Virus record (IMG/VR): IMGVR_UViG_3300045988_034373
Coordinates: 117,963 to 181,962 of that record
Direction: 5' to 3' (one strand)
Length of the DNA stretch: 64,000 nucleotides
Source of the DNA: a virus
Position 1 is the first letter of the stretch; each line of letters starts with the position of its first letter. The notes below the pieces were generated by a model. That model searched no databases. It worked only from the letters and a program-made list of their open reading frames with translations, and was not told the origin of the DNA. Both the position numbers and the translations under genes were made by a program. This document shows positions 30,901-40,024 of the stretch, one piece after another.

Positions 30901-32584
30901 CTTGTCTTAATTCAAACTCTGGACATAGAGCTGCATATCCTTCCAATACTTTATCCTTATTAATGTCTTCACATCTTCTATCAAAGTCATGTGTTAGAAC
31001 TCCGTCATTGTCTAAGAATCTTTCTACTCTATATGTTTCAGCACCAGAAGGAAGCACAGGTAGGTAACTTGTATTCTCTAATCCGATTGTAACTGCTTGA
31101 GCTAATGTAGTAGGTATTCTCTTCTGTCTTACAAAGAAGAATCCTTTAGTATACCTCTTTAGCTCTCTAACGGCATCCTTGCTAATTTTAATATCAAATC
31201 CAATTGGAACTGTACCACTATCAGCTAATTGATTGCCATTATACTTAATTTTAATTACACCCTTAGAGTTCTCATTCTGGCTATCTAGCTTGTATGTTTC
31301 CTTGTTAATAGGGATGTACTCTCTATTGGCTTGGATAACAGCTATGTTGTTTGTACTAGTTGGGTCGAAGTCTTTCTTAAATAGAGGATAATCTTTCCAA
31401 TCTATCCTATCAGTATCACCAGGTATAGCTAATCTACTAATACCCCTAATATTAAATACTGGAGATAAAGTATAATCATTAAGAATGTATACTACTCCTA
31501 GTCGGTAGATTTCGTCATTCCAGTATCCGAGTCTATTATAGATGTTCATTACATTATAATACTCATACTGTCCCGATTCATCCTTATAATCCTTATCAAC
31601 TCTACCTATATTGTTCTCTACATTTAACTCTGGTAAGAAGTGTAGAGATAGGTCTGTAAGCTCCTTATATTCAATATCTGGATTAGCTACGTTACCTAAG
31701 AATAACATATTCTGACAAGTAGTCTGTGCTACTGCACTATTAACTACATTGTATGCTACGTTAATATCATTGATACTAACAGCTTGTACAGTTTCAAATC
31801 CAGTAATACTAATCTTAGCTACATTGTTATATACAGCAAACTGCTTCATAATCTTAAACGATGTAGTCATTTCATTTCCATCTATATCAGATGTACTTCT
31901 TGTATAGTAAACTACTACATTGTTATAAGATGAATCTATGTTAGTTAGTAAGAATGAAGCTGACTTATAACTGTTTTCATCTCTAATTCCACCTTGTATA
32001 GAGGATGGGTCATTCAAATTACCAATATGGCAAGTTACTATGCCTGACTCAGCTATAAAATCTGTCTCATTCCCATCTGAATCTGACAACTTAAAGTAGA
32101 ACACATAATTACCAACCCTTAAATTACCACTGGTGTTTAATCCCATGAATGTAAGGTTAGCAATATTGTTAGTCTTCTTGTAAAGAGATATGTCAGATTC
32201 AAAGGAATCTATATCGTATATATTAGTGTCGTTATCTCCTTCTCTATCCACAATCTGATATGTATTCATACCAGTAGATGAGAATCTTGTGTTAATCAAC
32301 TTAGGATATGTACTTCCGTCATTAAGGATAAGGTTAACTGAACCATCATAAGATTGTTGTGGAACAATATCAATAGGATGGTTCAGGTCAAAACTGAGTA
32401 ATTCTGTATCCAGGTTTATTAAACTACCTTTAGGATACACAATTACTCCGTTCTCCCTTATATCTTCATTAGTTCTCAGAACCCTTAAAGGATTGTATTC
32501 GTAAACTAATGCTCCCTTCTGTTGAAGTTGATTTAATCCTAAGTCAAGGTCTAATACCTTACCACTTAGTGATTTGAAATTCAT
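27893..32584 (-). CDS. Very large tail/virion structural protein (1,563 aa); candidate tail hub or muzzle-type component
   Basis: Uninterrupted ORF in the distal part of the structural arm with a beta-rich, Asn/Tyr-rich composition. No enzymatic motif recognised. The function is assigned only by position and size. Confidence 0.7.
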   Translation of the reverse strand: MNFKSLSGKVLDLDLGLNQLQQKGALVYEYNPLRVLRTNEDIRENGVIVYPKGSLINLDTELLSFDLNHPIDIVPQQSYDGSVNLILNDGSTYPKLINTRFSSTGMNTYQIVDREGDNDTNIYDIDSFESDISLYKKTNNIANLTFMGLNTSGNLRVGNYVFYFKLSDSDGNETDFIAESGIVTCHIGNLNDPSSIQGGIRDENSYKSASFLLTNIDSSYNNVVVYYTRSTSDIDGNEMTTSFKIMKQFAVYNNVAKISITGFETVQAVSINDINVAYNVVNSAVAQTTCQNMLFLGNVANPDIEYKELTDLSLHFLPELNVENNIGRVDKDYKDESGQYEYYNVMNIYNRLGYWNDEIYRLGVVYILNDYTLSPVFNIRGISRLAIPGDTDRIDWKDYPLFKKDFDPTSTNNIAVIQANREYIPINKETYKLDSQNENSKGVIKIKYNGNQLADSGTVPIGFDIKISKDAVRELKRYTKGFFFVRQKRIPTTLAQAVTIGLENTSYLPVLPSGAETYRVERFLDNDGVLTHDFDRRCEDINKDKVLEGYAALCPEFELRQAYFNQLFTGTQFEVKMAKSQFGKKYFDRSGTHFYNLSYVTNNSTQDETYNIMAIGDNVKALKGKKQLFSARAGEAEEAWRVSYYNYTNKSSNARNLLRGSWGPYIGLEGYNTNKMSLIDIKIPNYEENLLDTYFEIRYEDSSAFYAMCNRMLWDDLDEDGNTMIAKNLFRGDCYIGNYTHRMCRNFQDSAAPINDDIVDQMSWKDNYTIGDSEKNGKINRGDVNAIKMGHWVTIKVCSNVNLSMRSVDMSYTSELGLTGKARGFYPLQAMSVTGESKIPESFVINGGINSTTSDKYYYELPNVPAIKNKFHIRVMYSDINVNDSFKNGYRVFKLMNYRDYPLTYGSIVKLVEWFGSIICVFEHGVALIPVNERAVAGEGAGGNIFINTSNVLPENPKMLSDTFGTQWSESVIKTPYYVYGVDTVGKKIWRTNGQLFEVISDFKVQKFLNDNISLTEKEKTPIIGIRNVKTHYNRFKQDVMFTFYDDVNTLEENVWNLCYNEVMQKFVTFYSWVPSYSENIDNIFFSFDRNTSKTITKITSNYPLISMQGGAVVDNVLTVVDGKAKLGNLQLNLDISGSNIEYSIADDRVRNKFFITNGNQVSVNANSVGDSRWTIPIKAVVYNQGTDLVEGEVRNVVKTLYSNVTVVTKMRYDLLTTSFWKHGQAGLMPTRKPISPCYWYGKQHPFELEFIVVDNPSVHKIFNNLQIISNKTQPESFHFEVVGEVYNFAKDKKNMYFRQEATKHLYQYNGADIVYNHDYLDVIPEQRDILYSTTKYKDMSVMFPLLYSRVDSLNDIEDHYQSMTSAGRDYQSISGSEIVHDSQLNEFKIATHVKACPFKKRYLQEITQDRYSSLIAAGYTNVLAQNGKWYEVMEYGRINGNMDYLEDKWDIQIPSITYWAKNELAWTVKDKDGNTYPPLNLVNNPLPESMTALNITSNSDIPSELRDRGYSADFLSLDVNKWSNERKETRIRDKYIKIKVRYTGDELAIITALKTLYIVSYA

Positions 32585-32587
32585 ATA

Positions 32588-35500
32588 TTATGTGTAAATA
32601 GATTTATTACTCTTTAGGACATTAACTGCTAAGTCTGGAGCACCACTATTTCTACCTTTCTTCCAAGTTCCTATACGAGTACTTGGTGATTTAGCTAAGA
32701 TTTCATTATAATAACCATCAGGTATCTCCCCAGATAGATTCTCATAAGCATATGATGTAACAAACACATTATTGAATGGTTCATCAAATGTCCATGTGTA
32801 GCCCTTCCAGTCAACTAATGTTCTAGCTGATATAGCTTTAGGCTTGTACGAATTGAATGTCAAACTACCATCATTATTAACAGTATATCCAACACTAGAA
32901 TCAGCTATATAAATCTTACCTCTTTCTATTCCAGTTAACGGGTCAGAAGTAACTGTATAAGCTGAATATGCATTAGTATAGCAGTTAAGAATATCAGCAT
33001 CTTTAGAGAAGTCCAAATCGTCTCCTATAGTAACTGTAGTAGACATAGATTGATTCTTATGGATGCTAAATATAGGAAGATAATTATTTAATCCTTTAAT
33101 AGCCGCAGTCCATCTACTCATGTGAGTTTCTATAGACGTAGTATCACTCCCTAAGAAGAAGTCTACATTTACATTAGTACCACCATTTGGAACTCCAATA
33201 TTAATAGTACATAATGTGTCAGAAGCTACATGATATACATAGTCTAGATTGTTAGGTCCAACGAAATTAACTGTTCTACTTCCTTTCTGTAGTATCAATA
33301 ACTGGCTTAACAAGCATCTAACCATCTTATCTACTCTAATAAGGTTGTCTGTTCTATTAGAACCACTAGAAGGAGTAGTAGGTGCAGTACGTCTTGATGC
33401 CAGATTAACTGGATGATGAACTCCATTAATGTCTTTCCATGTTGCAAATAAGAAGTTATCTCCCCCATCTACCTCATTCTTGCTACAACTCCATCCATCA
33501 ATAATTCTTCTTGAAGCATTGTACCACAGTGAAGCACTATCTCCGTCTTTACCTCCGAATATACCTACAGTACCATTACCCATGTTAGATAAACTAGTCT
33601 GTAGACCTGTATCATCTAAACCTGCGCCGCTATTCTGACCACTACCTACAGCAGCTCCACTAGCTGTTACAGAGCAATTATACTCCATATTCTTATCACT
33701 AGCAAGCACACATCTTAGATTACCATTCTCTTCTCCGAATGAGAATAATTTCTCCTTCTGAGTTAAGTCCATAGATTGCTCGTAAGCTGGTCTTAGTTGC
33801 TCTTGGCTGATTGTCTTAGAAGCCACACCTCCTGCATTTGAGTAGATGTACCTTGTAGTAGCTAACTGACCTACTAGTTGGTTATTAACCCATGAGAATT
33901 TCTTACCAGGCACTTCCTTTGATGTGGGGTCTGACATACTAGCTGTTAATGTAGAGTTATTGTTAGGTACTACATCTGAATGGTCAAAGTCACAAGAAGA
34001 TACGCTTGGAGTAGTTCCAAAATAGTTATTAACTATCTTTTCATCTGGTTTACCAGCATACATCTTCTTATCGTAATCATATCCAGCAGCGGGTGTTACT
34101 TTGACCTCATAAGTACCAGTCTTACCCACCTCATACTTATATCCAGATACATCAGTATCTAAGGAAGGTACTTCTGTAATGAATTGAGATATACTAACTC
34201 TTGTAATAGGAGAAGGAGATGTTGCTGCACCAGCTTTCAATGTTAGCGTTGGTGTTCCCACTTTCTTAACAGAAGTATTAACTTCACTCTTTACATCTAA
34301 TAGAACTCTCTTTCTTGCATTACCATTAGGAAGTCCAGTATTAAAGTCTGGAATTTCCTCGTAGAAGTCATTAAAGTATCCGCCAGTGTATATTAGTTTA
34401 TAACCTACTGTCTTCTTAACCCCAGCTACGTATCTATCAATTCTAACTATATAAACCCAGTTCTTCTGGATTGTACTATCATCAAATGGAATAATCTCTT
34501 CAAAGCTACCATTATAATACTCCTTAGAGATTGCATACTTGTAAGCACCATTTAGATTCTCAGCATTATTGGCTTCAGCAGAATCAGTAAGGCTTATAAA
34601 GGTAAATTCTATCTTCTCAATATCAGAATCCTCATTAAGGTTGTAATAATCATATCCCCAGCCAATTTTTAGATATGTATCAGTAACGAAGAACCTCCAC
34701 TCTCCTAATACTTCTGAATTAGTTCTAATAGCATCAAAGTCTATAGTTCCACTCTTAGCCATTCTCTCTAATACTCCATAAGGACAAGCAGGCATGATTT
34801 TGTATTGAGTCTTACCAGTCTTACCACTCTTTACAATAGTAGATTTAACTGATGATGAATCAGCTTCAATTAATCCAACATCATCTGGATTGTTTTTAGT
34901 TGTACCTTTAAATACTCCAGTAGTTTCTCCAGAGAACTCTACACTAATAACTTTAGTATCATCATTGCATGAGTACCTCCTTATCAGGTTAAATGTGTCA
35001 AAGGTCTTTAACTCAATTACTAAAATTAATGCTCCAGATGATTTAGCACTAAATACTTGGACTAGTTCTTTAGACTTAATAACATCCAACATAGGTATGT
35101 TACTATTCTCGTAAATCCATAGTCCATTGTTATATATCTTTAGGTTCTTCTCATCTATATAATCAATGCTACCACTACTATTTATAACTCCCAATCTTAA
35201 CTTGATAGCTCCTCTATTAATTGCCTCTTTAATAGCAGCGTCAATAGCAGCGTCAATAGTATTAGCAACTATTACAAATCTATCTCCAGGATGAAATATC
35301 TTAACTTCATCTGAATTTTTAACTTGGAATAGCTTCTCCTTGTAATATTCCAGTTCTATGTAAGGAACACTTCCCTTCATAGTTATGAATTTAGAGAACT
35401 CAAATTCAATCTGAGTAACATTTAGGTCTTCTCCCTCATACAACTGCTGAGGAGATGGGAATGAACCTATCTGACTCTTACCAGTGATTGGGTTATGAGC

Positions 35501-35734
35501 TGCAACGTAAATAATACCTCCATGTTCCTTCATTCCTACAGGTACATATCCCTTATCGAGATAGGCTGTATGAACTTCTCCATTTCCCATATCATTCTGT
35601 AATACAAACTCATTACCATTGTATGTTATTATAGTACCATTTAAGCAGTTTGTTAATACATTACTGGGAGTGGTCAATGGATGTAAGTCCATTATTAAAC
35701 CCTCACCAAAGGTATTAATTGCTTCTTTTCTCAT
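32588..35734 (-). CDS. Large tail/virion structural protein (1,048 aa)
   Basis: Uninterrupted ORF with a stop 4 nt before the next start. Contains the in-frame DAAIDAAI duplication. The function is assigned only by position. Confidence 0.7.
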   Translation of the reverse strand: MRKEAINTFGEGLIMDLHPLTTPSNVLTNCLNGTIITYNGNEFVLQNDMGNGEVHTAYLDKGYVPVGMKEHGGIIYVAAHNPITGKSQIGSFPSPQQLYEGEDLNVTQIEFEFSKFITMKGSVPYIELEYYKEKLFQVKNSDEVKIFHPGDRFVIVANTIDAAIDAAIKEAINRGAIKLRLGVINSSGSIDYIDEKNLKIYNNGLWIYENSNIPMLDVIKSKELVQVFSAKSSGALILVIELKTFDTFNLIRRYSCNDDTKVISVEFSGETTGVFKGTTKNNPDDVGLIEADSSSVKSTIVKSGKTGKTQYKIMPACPYGVLERMAKSGTIDFDAIRTNSEVLGEWRFFVTDTYLKIGWGYDYYNLNEDSDIEKIEFTFISLTDSAEANNAENLNGAYKYAISKEYYNGSFEEIIPFDDSTIQKNWVYIVRIDRYVAGVKKTVGYKLIYTGGYFNDFYEEIPDFNTGLPNGNARKRVLLDVKSEVNTSVKKVGTPTLTLKAGAATSPSPITRVSISQFITEVPSLDTDVSGYKYEVGKTGTYEVKVTPAAGYDYDKKMYAGKPDEKIVNNYFGTTPSVSSCDFDHSDVVPNNNSTLTASMSDPTSKEVPGKKFSWVNNQLVGQLATTRYIYSNAGGVASKTISQEQLRPAYEQSMDLTQKEKLFSFGEENGNLRCVLASDKNMEYNCSVTASGAAVGSGQNSGAGLDDTGLQTSLSNMGNGTVGIFGGKDGDSASLWYNASRRIIDGWSCSKNEVDGGDNFLFATWKDINGVHHPVNLASRRTAPTTPSSGSNRTDNLIRVDKMVRCLLSQLLILQKGSRTVNFVGPNNLDYVYHVASDTLCTINIGVPNGGTNVNVDFFLGSDTTSIETHMSRWTAAIKGLNNYLPIFSIHKNQSMSTTVTIGDDLDFSKDADILNCYTNAYSAYTVTSDPLTGIERGKIYIADSSVGYTVNNDGSLTFNSYKPKAISARTLVDWKGYTWTFDEPFNNVFVTSYAYENLSGEIPDGYYNEILAKSPSTRIGTWKKGRNSGAPDLAVNVLKSNKSIYT
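35231..35259 (-). repeat. Perfect 12-bp tandem duplication (2.4 copies) inside the 1,048-aa gene
   Basis: aatagcagcgtc aatagcagcgtc aatag encodes DAAI-DAAI in frame. Confidence 0.9.
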
Positions 35735-36317
35735 ATTTTATAAGTTCATAGTTGTTACTACTAATAAGTATGTCCTTGAACGTACTTGGATTATCTCTTA
35801 CTAATGCAACTTCTAAATCATTGCACTTCATTGTATCTTTGAAGAATGTATATCCCATGTCTGTGATGTATCTGTATCTTACGATGTATTTAGACCAACT
35901 GTAAAACACCTTAGCCTCATCGAAGACCTTCATTCCGAACTTATTATGGAATATGAAATTCTTCTTCTTTCTTCCTCTTCCAGTGGTGGACTTAACTATA
36001 GATTCATATTCATCTTCAGTCAGTCCTATATAATAGTACCCATCCCACTCCTTAACTTTCTTAGAGTATAATACTCTTAGCTTCCTTCTTAACATTCTTC
36101 TATAATAGTTGTAATGTTTAATAGAATCACGTGTAAGCTGTCCGCAGTAGAACCAGTATCTGTACTTAGTACTACTAATAAGAGTATCACATCCTCTAAG
36201 ATTATAATAATATAGCATTCTCCAGCCGTATTCAACAGCTCGTTTAACATCCTCTGGAGGTACAGTCGGGAATTGGGCTATTAGGTCTGGTAAATAATCA
36301 TTGACACTTTTTAGCAT
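35715..36317 (-). CDS. Hypothetical basic, Tyr/Arg-rich protein (200 aa)
   Basis: TAATG-coupled to the upstream gene and overlaps the downstream gene by 20 nt. Basic (RGRKKK) and aromatic-rich. Confidence 0.7.
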   Translation of the reverse strand: MLKSVNDYLPDLIAQFPTVPPEDVKRAVEYGWRMLYYYNLRGCDTLISSTKYRYWFYCGQLTRDSIKHYNYYRRMLRRKLRVLYSKKVKEWDGYYYIGLTEDEYESIVKSTTGRGRKKKNFIFHNKFGMKVFDEAKVFYSWSKYIVRYRYITDMGYTFFKDTMKCNDLEVALVRDNPSTFKDILISSNNYELIKYEKRSN

Positions 36318-36757
36318 TAATAATATTGTTTACCTTGATTTGTGTGTTCTAATATCCTATCTCTATGCTCAGGGTCAAGATATATTAGCTTCTCCCTCAT
36401 AACTCCCTTAGATTGGAAGTGAAATACCATTTGATATGCACAGAAGTTGGATGCTAGAAAGTCTACCTTAGCCCACTTACCATTTCTTCTTGCCTTAGAG
36501 AACTCGTCTCTCTCGAATCTCTTCATCTTCAACTCAGCCCTCCTAGACCTAGTCGGGAGGGTAAATGTAGCATTATTCTCAATTATATCTTCCAAAACCA
36601 TATTCAAGGCACTCTTAAATATCTTCTTAGCGATAACTTCCTTGTGCCTATTACCTATTAATTCCTCACATGCCTTTGAAGTCATCTTCATCTTCTTAGT
36701 AGGAAAGGAGGTGAATAACTCATCTATATTCATGGCATATCCTGTAGCGTAATTCAT
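36317..36757 (-). CDS. Possible DNABII (IHF/HU)-like protein; start revised to the ATG at 36757
   Basis: The ORF-track start at 36775 is a TTG. An in-frame ATG at 36757-36755 forms the AAATAATG overlap with the upstream stop that recurs in this genome. The segment KIFKSALNMVLEDIIENNATFTLPTRSRRAELKMKRF resembles the helix-then-beta-arm layout of HU/IHF. The functional call is weak. Confidence 0.4.
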   Translation of the reverse strand: MNYATGYAMNIDELFTSFPTKKMKMTSKACEELIGNRHKEVIAKKIFKSALNMVLEDIIENNATFTLPTRSRRAELKMKRFERDEFSKARRNGKWAKVDFLASNFCAYQMVFHFQSKGVMREKLIYLDPEHRDRILEHTNQGKQYY

Positions 36758-37446
36758 TATTTTACAAATTTCCAAGTCTTATTAAATATCTTCCTATTCC
36801 AGCTTGTCTTAGCATCAAGGATTTCATTCATATCATTCTGATTGATATACATTGGAACTCTGGCAGCATCACATAGTCTATACCATCTTTGCTCAAGAAG
36901 TTGCGCCTCTTGTAACATATTTTGATTATGCTTACTCCAACCTTCTTTAAACCTGTCTGTGTATGCACAATAACAAGCTATTGCATCCTTCTCTTTCTCA
37001 TTGATAAATGGCAATCCATCATCATCTAATAGGATTCCCTTATATAGTATGTTAACTGAACCATAATCCTTGTCAAAGTAAAGAGTGTCATTTACTCTCT
37101 CATACTTAGCCAATTTACCACTAATGTAGAATGGGTCTTTATATACCTTACGTCCTTCAATGTAGTTCTCAATGAATTGTGATTGGTAATCTCCATTAAC
37201 TGTATCATTAGTAGTGTATCTCCAGTCCTCAAAGTCGTATGTTACAGCCTCTATAAAGTCACAATTACATGGTAGTGTAACTGTTAAGGTTTCACAATCT
37301 ATCTTACACCTATATCTATATAGTTTAGTTTGTCTATTACCTATCTTATTCCAGGCAATCAGACCTATTTCCTCGAACTCTTCTGGTGCTAATTCTATAC
37401 CATATAATAGATTAGCTTGAGCATATGCTGATTGAAAGTTTTCCAT
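36757..37446 (-). CDS. Hypothetical structural-module protein (229 aa)
   Basis: ATG start in a TAATG overlap with the upstream gene. No recognisable motif. Confidence 0.75.
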   Translation of the reverse strand: MENFQSAYAQANLLYGIELAPEEFEEIGLIAWNKIGNRQTKLYRYRCKIDCETLTVTLPCNCDFIEAVTYDFEDWRYTTNDTVNGDYQSQFIENYIEGRKVYKDPFYISGKLAKYERVNDTLYFDKDYGSVNILYKGILLDDDGLPFINEKEKDAIACYCAYTDRFKEGWSKHNQNMLQEAQLLEQRWYRLCDAARVPMYINQNDMNEILDAKTSWNRKIFNKTWKFVK

Positions 37447-38120
37447 TATTTAGGAGTTTGGTCGTTAGGTAATATTGGAGCAGCTAACTGTCTGTAATAA
37501 CGTAGCTTCTTCTCTGTTAATCTCTTCTTTATTTCTGCGTCGATGAAAGTCATATTATTAATGTCTAATGCAGAACAACATCCATAAGTTTGTAACTGAC
37601 GTGGGTCTTTGAATATACCTACCACAGATACTTGCTTTATAACTGGCAGATTGAATATCCAGCAGTCATACATATTATTGGCATTAGGAGTAACATCAAT
37701 GTACACATAAGGTCTGTTCTTAGCCCTCTTTCTGTATTTATGATACTGCATTACTGTTGGACTTATGTACCATATAAATGGCTGCCCCTTGTCTACAGAG
37801 CCTATGTATTCAATTCCTCCTCCGAACTCAGTTATGAGTTGTGGTATTTCAAAATGGAATGTAGGTGTACCGTCTGCCTTATTCCCACAAGTACAGCTCT
37901 CTATATCCTTACAGTCTACGTTAATGCAGTTAATAGACATTAATAAGTCCCTCTTAGGAATAAGTCCCTTCATGGAATATTCCTTAATGATTTGTAGCCT
38001 TTCATCTACAATATCGTCTTCTAATTGTTCTATTGATAATGTGTTTGTAGTGGTATAACCTCTAAGTCCAGACACTATATCATTATAGATTGCAGATGCT
38101 AATTTAAAATAATATCCCAT
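37446..38120 (-). CDS. Hypothetical structural-module protein (224 aa), Cys-containing
   Basis: First gene after the 38126-38162 terminator. Contains CINVDCKDIESCTCGNK. No family recognised. Confidence 0.75.
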   Translation of the reverse strand: MGYYFKLASAIYNDIVSGLRGYTTTNTLSIEQLEDDIVDERLQIIKEYSMKGLIPKRDLLMSINCINVDCKDIESCTCGNKADGTPTFHFEIPQLITEFGGGIEYIGSVDKGQPFIWYISPTVMQYHKYRKRAKNRPYVYIDVTPNANNMYDCWIFNLPVIKQVSVVGIFKDPRQLQTYGCCSALDINNMTFIDAEIKKRLTEKKLRYYRQLAAPILPNDQTPK

Positions 38121-38125
38121 AAGTA

Positions 38126-38162
38126 CAAAATAAAAAAGGCGACGACTTAAATGGTCATCGCC
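38126..38162 (-). terminator. Rho-independent terminator closing the head-gene cassette
   Basis: The minus-strand RNA reads GGCGAUGAC CAUUUAA GUCGUCGCC followed by UUUUUUAUUUUG. One G-U pair exists only in the minus-strand transcript; the plus strand has a C-A mismatch there. Confidence 0.8.
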
Positions 38163-38176
38163 TTAGTATTAGTAGG

Positions 38177-39055
38177 TTATTTTAAAGCTACGTCTTCGTT
38201 ATCTGCACCTGGTTTCTTGATTTCATGGATTGTACCAAGAACCTTTAGAGCAGTCTCAAATTCAGTTGCTAATGAATCTAGTACATAGAATACATGAGTA
38301 GTCTTAGATGTAACTTGCTGACCAACAGCAGCACCTCCGAATAGACCTCTATCTACCTTGTACTCAATGATGTATTGGTTATACTTAGCACCTGGAACAG
38401 GAAGCTCTTCTTGGTTAACAGCTTCAAACTTCCTAGCCTCGATAGTAGGTAATCTAAGGTCTTTTAGGATATGAGTATAAGTACCGAATCCTTCAACACT
38501 CTTAGTGATTTTACCTTCGATAACATCCTCAAATACTTCATTAGTAAGTGGGTTGTTAGCAGCTACGTTAAGTTTTTGAATCTTAGCCTCAGTGAATAAT
38601 TGATATTCGTCTACTCCGTGGATTATTAGCTTATCGCTATTAACCTCAGTCTTGATATACTTGTCACCATAGAAGGCTTGAATCTTATCAATAACTCTCT
38701 TGATTTCCTTAGCAACATCAGTTGCAGCAGTAGAACCAGAAGTGATTCTGAACTCGTAAACAAAAGGCTTACCTTTGAATACGAAGTCATTAGAGTAGTA
38801 TGAGTTCTGGCTTCCAGATAATCTGATGTATAACTTCAACCTATAGATACCTACGCCTGGGTTAGTAATAGTGAACTCTGCCTTACCAATAACTGGGTCG
38901 GAAGCAGCTCTCTTATACATCGCACTTACGTTCTTCTTGAGGAATTTGTTTACACGTCTTACCTCAATCTCGTCTGAACCCTTAACGATTTTATCTAAAC
39001 CAGTGGTTACATCTTTCAGTGAGTTTAATACAATAGTGTTAGTGTACTGAAACAT
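38177..39055 (-). CDS. Head-associated structural protein (292 aa), possible auxiliary/decoration protein
   Basis: Last gene of the promoter-to-terminator cassette that contains the putative MCP. Beta-rich. The function is assigned only by position. Confidence 0.6.
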   Translation of the reverse strand: MFQYTNTIVLNSLKDVTTGLDKIVKGSDEIEVRRVNKFLKKNVSAMYKRAASDPVIGKAEFTITNPGVGIYRLKLYIRLSGSQNSYYSNDFVFKGKPFVYEFRITSGSTAATDVAKEIKRVIDKIQAFYGDKYIKTEVNSDKLIIHGVDEYQLFTEAKIQKLNVAANNPLTNEVFEDVIEGKITKSVEGFGTYTHILKDLRLPTIEARKFEAVNQEELPVPGAKYNQYIIEYKVDRGLFGGAAVGQQVTSKTTHVFYVLDSLATEFETALKVLGTIHEIKKPGADNEDVALK

Positions 39056-39063
39056 AAATTAAA

Positions 39064-40014
39064 TTATTTTTTGGTTTGTGACTGTTGCTGAGCTGGATTT
39101 GCAATAGTCTGATTAACTGCTAAATTAGTTTGAAGCCTTGGGTCACCTGCGTTCTCCAATAATAGCTTTGCCAGCTCATTTATAATCTCTTGACACACAT
39201 AATCTGGAAACTCCATGACTTGTGATGTATCTTCAACCATTTCAATCTGGTCTTGTGTTAGTCTAATTTTTTGAGGAGTCTTAATGTAATCAACAAATAT
39301 GTCAGTTAATTGAAATACAGAAGAATCCTTGCCATACCTAATTTCAAGTCTAACTTGAGATGGATTTCCATACCTATTAACTCCTGGCTGTTCTACTAAA
39401 TCTACTGATTTACCTCCAATAGTAATTTTAGTTGGAAGTGAACCATCTGTACCAGTAGTTTGCTGAATAGTTGTGTTTGGTGATATACTTCCCTCTCCAG
39501 CAGTAAGTCTTACTGGATTAGTAGGCATTGTCGTAGCACTATTTACGTTGTGTATGAAGTAATAAGGATTTCTATAAGAGGGTTGCATATAGAAGTTCCT
39601 TATTATCTGTGACCAAAGGTCTGAGGTTAAACGCTTAGCACCAATTTGTACATAAGTACCAGCGTCATAGCACTCGTATGTCTTTACTACTTTGAAATTG
39701 CACACGCAATTCAAAATATGTAAATAATCCAATGGGAGATTTACTTCATAAACAGCTCCATACAGTGAGTTAGTTTGAGAACTAACAGCAGCGTATGTGT
39801 TTGTAGCCAGAGTAGGCTGGAGGATGGCAGTAGATTTTAAAACTCTAATGTCATCTGTTGATTGTTGATTTACATCATAAATGTTGTACTTCTTATTAAT
39901 GTATTGGTATATCGCCTTATTTAATAAGTAGTTAAAGTCCTCAAGTAAAATACTTGGAGCAGCAGTCTTGTTCATTTCAACTAATGCTCCTCTGTATACT
40001 TGTTTCGCTGTCAT
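39064..40014 (-). CDS. Head-associated structural protein (316 aa), possible head completion/adaptor
   Basis: ATG and TAA are clear. The N-terminal helical segment ALVEMNKTAAPSILLEDFNYLLNKAIYQYINKKY is reminiscent of connector/adaptor proteins. The functional call is weak. Confidence 0.55.
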   Translation of the reverse strand: MTAKQVYRGALVEMNKTAAPSILLEDFNYLLNKAIYQYINKKYNIYDVNQQSTDDIRVLKSTAILQPTLATNTYAAVSSQTNSLYGAVYEVNLPLDYLHILNCVCNFKVVKTYECYDAGTYVQIGAKRLTSDLWSQIIRNFYMQPSYRNPYYFIHNVNSATTMPTNPVRLTAGEGSISPNTTIQQTTGTDGSLPTKITIGGKSVDLVEQPGVNRYGNPSQVRLEIRYGKDSSVFQLTDIFVDYIKTPQKIRLTQDQIEMVEDTSQVMEFPDYVCQEIINELAKLLLENAGDPRLQTNLAVNQTIANPAQQQSQTKK

Positions 40015-40024
40015 TTAGGTAATG

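Noticed and set aside
36773-36775. TTG start given by the ORF track for the 152-aa ORF
   Set aside because: An ATG 18 nt downstream forms the genome's recurrent AAATAATG stop-start overlap with the upstream gene, so the shorter 146-aa version is preferred.
38121-38137. TTATTTTG near the ATG of the 224-aa gene, considered as a -7 promoter box
   Set aside because: It does not match TAnnTTTG, it is part of the terminator U-tract, and it lies only ~7 nt from the start codon with no -33 TTTG at the right spacing.
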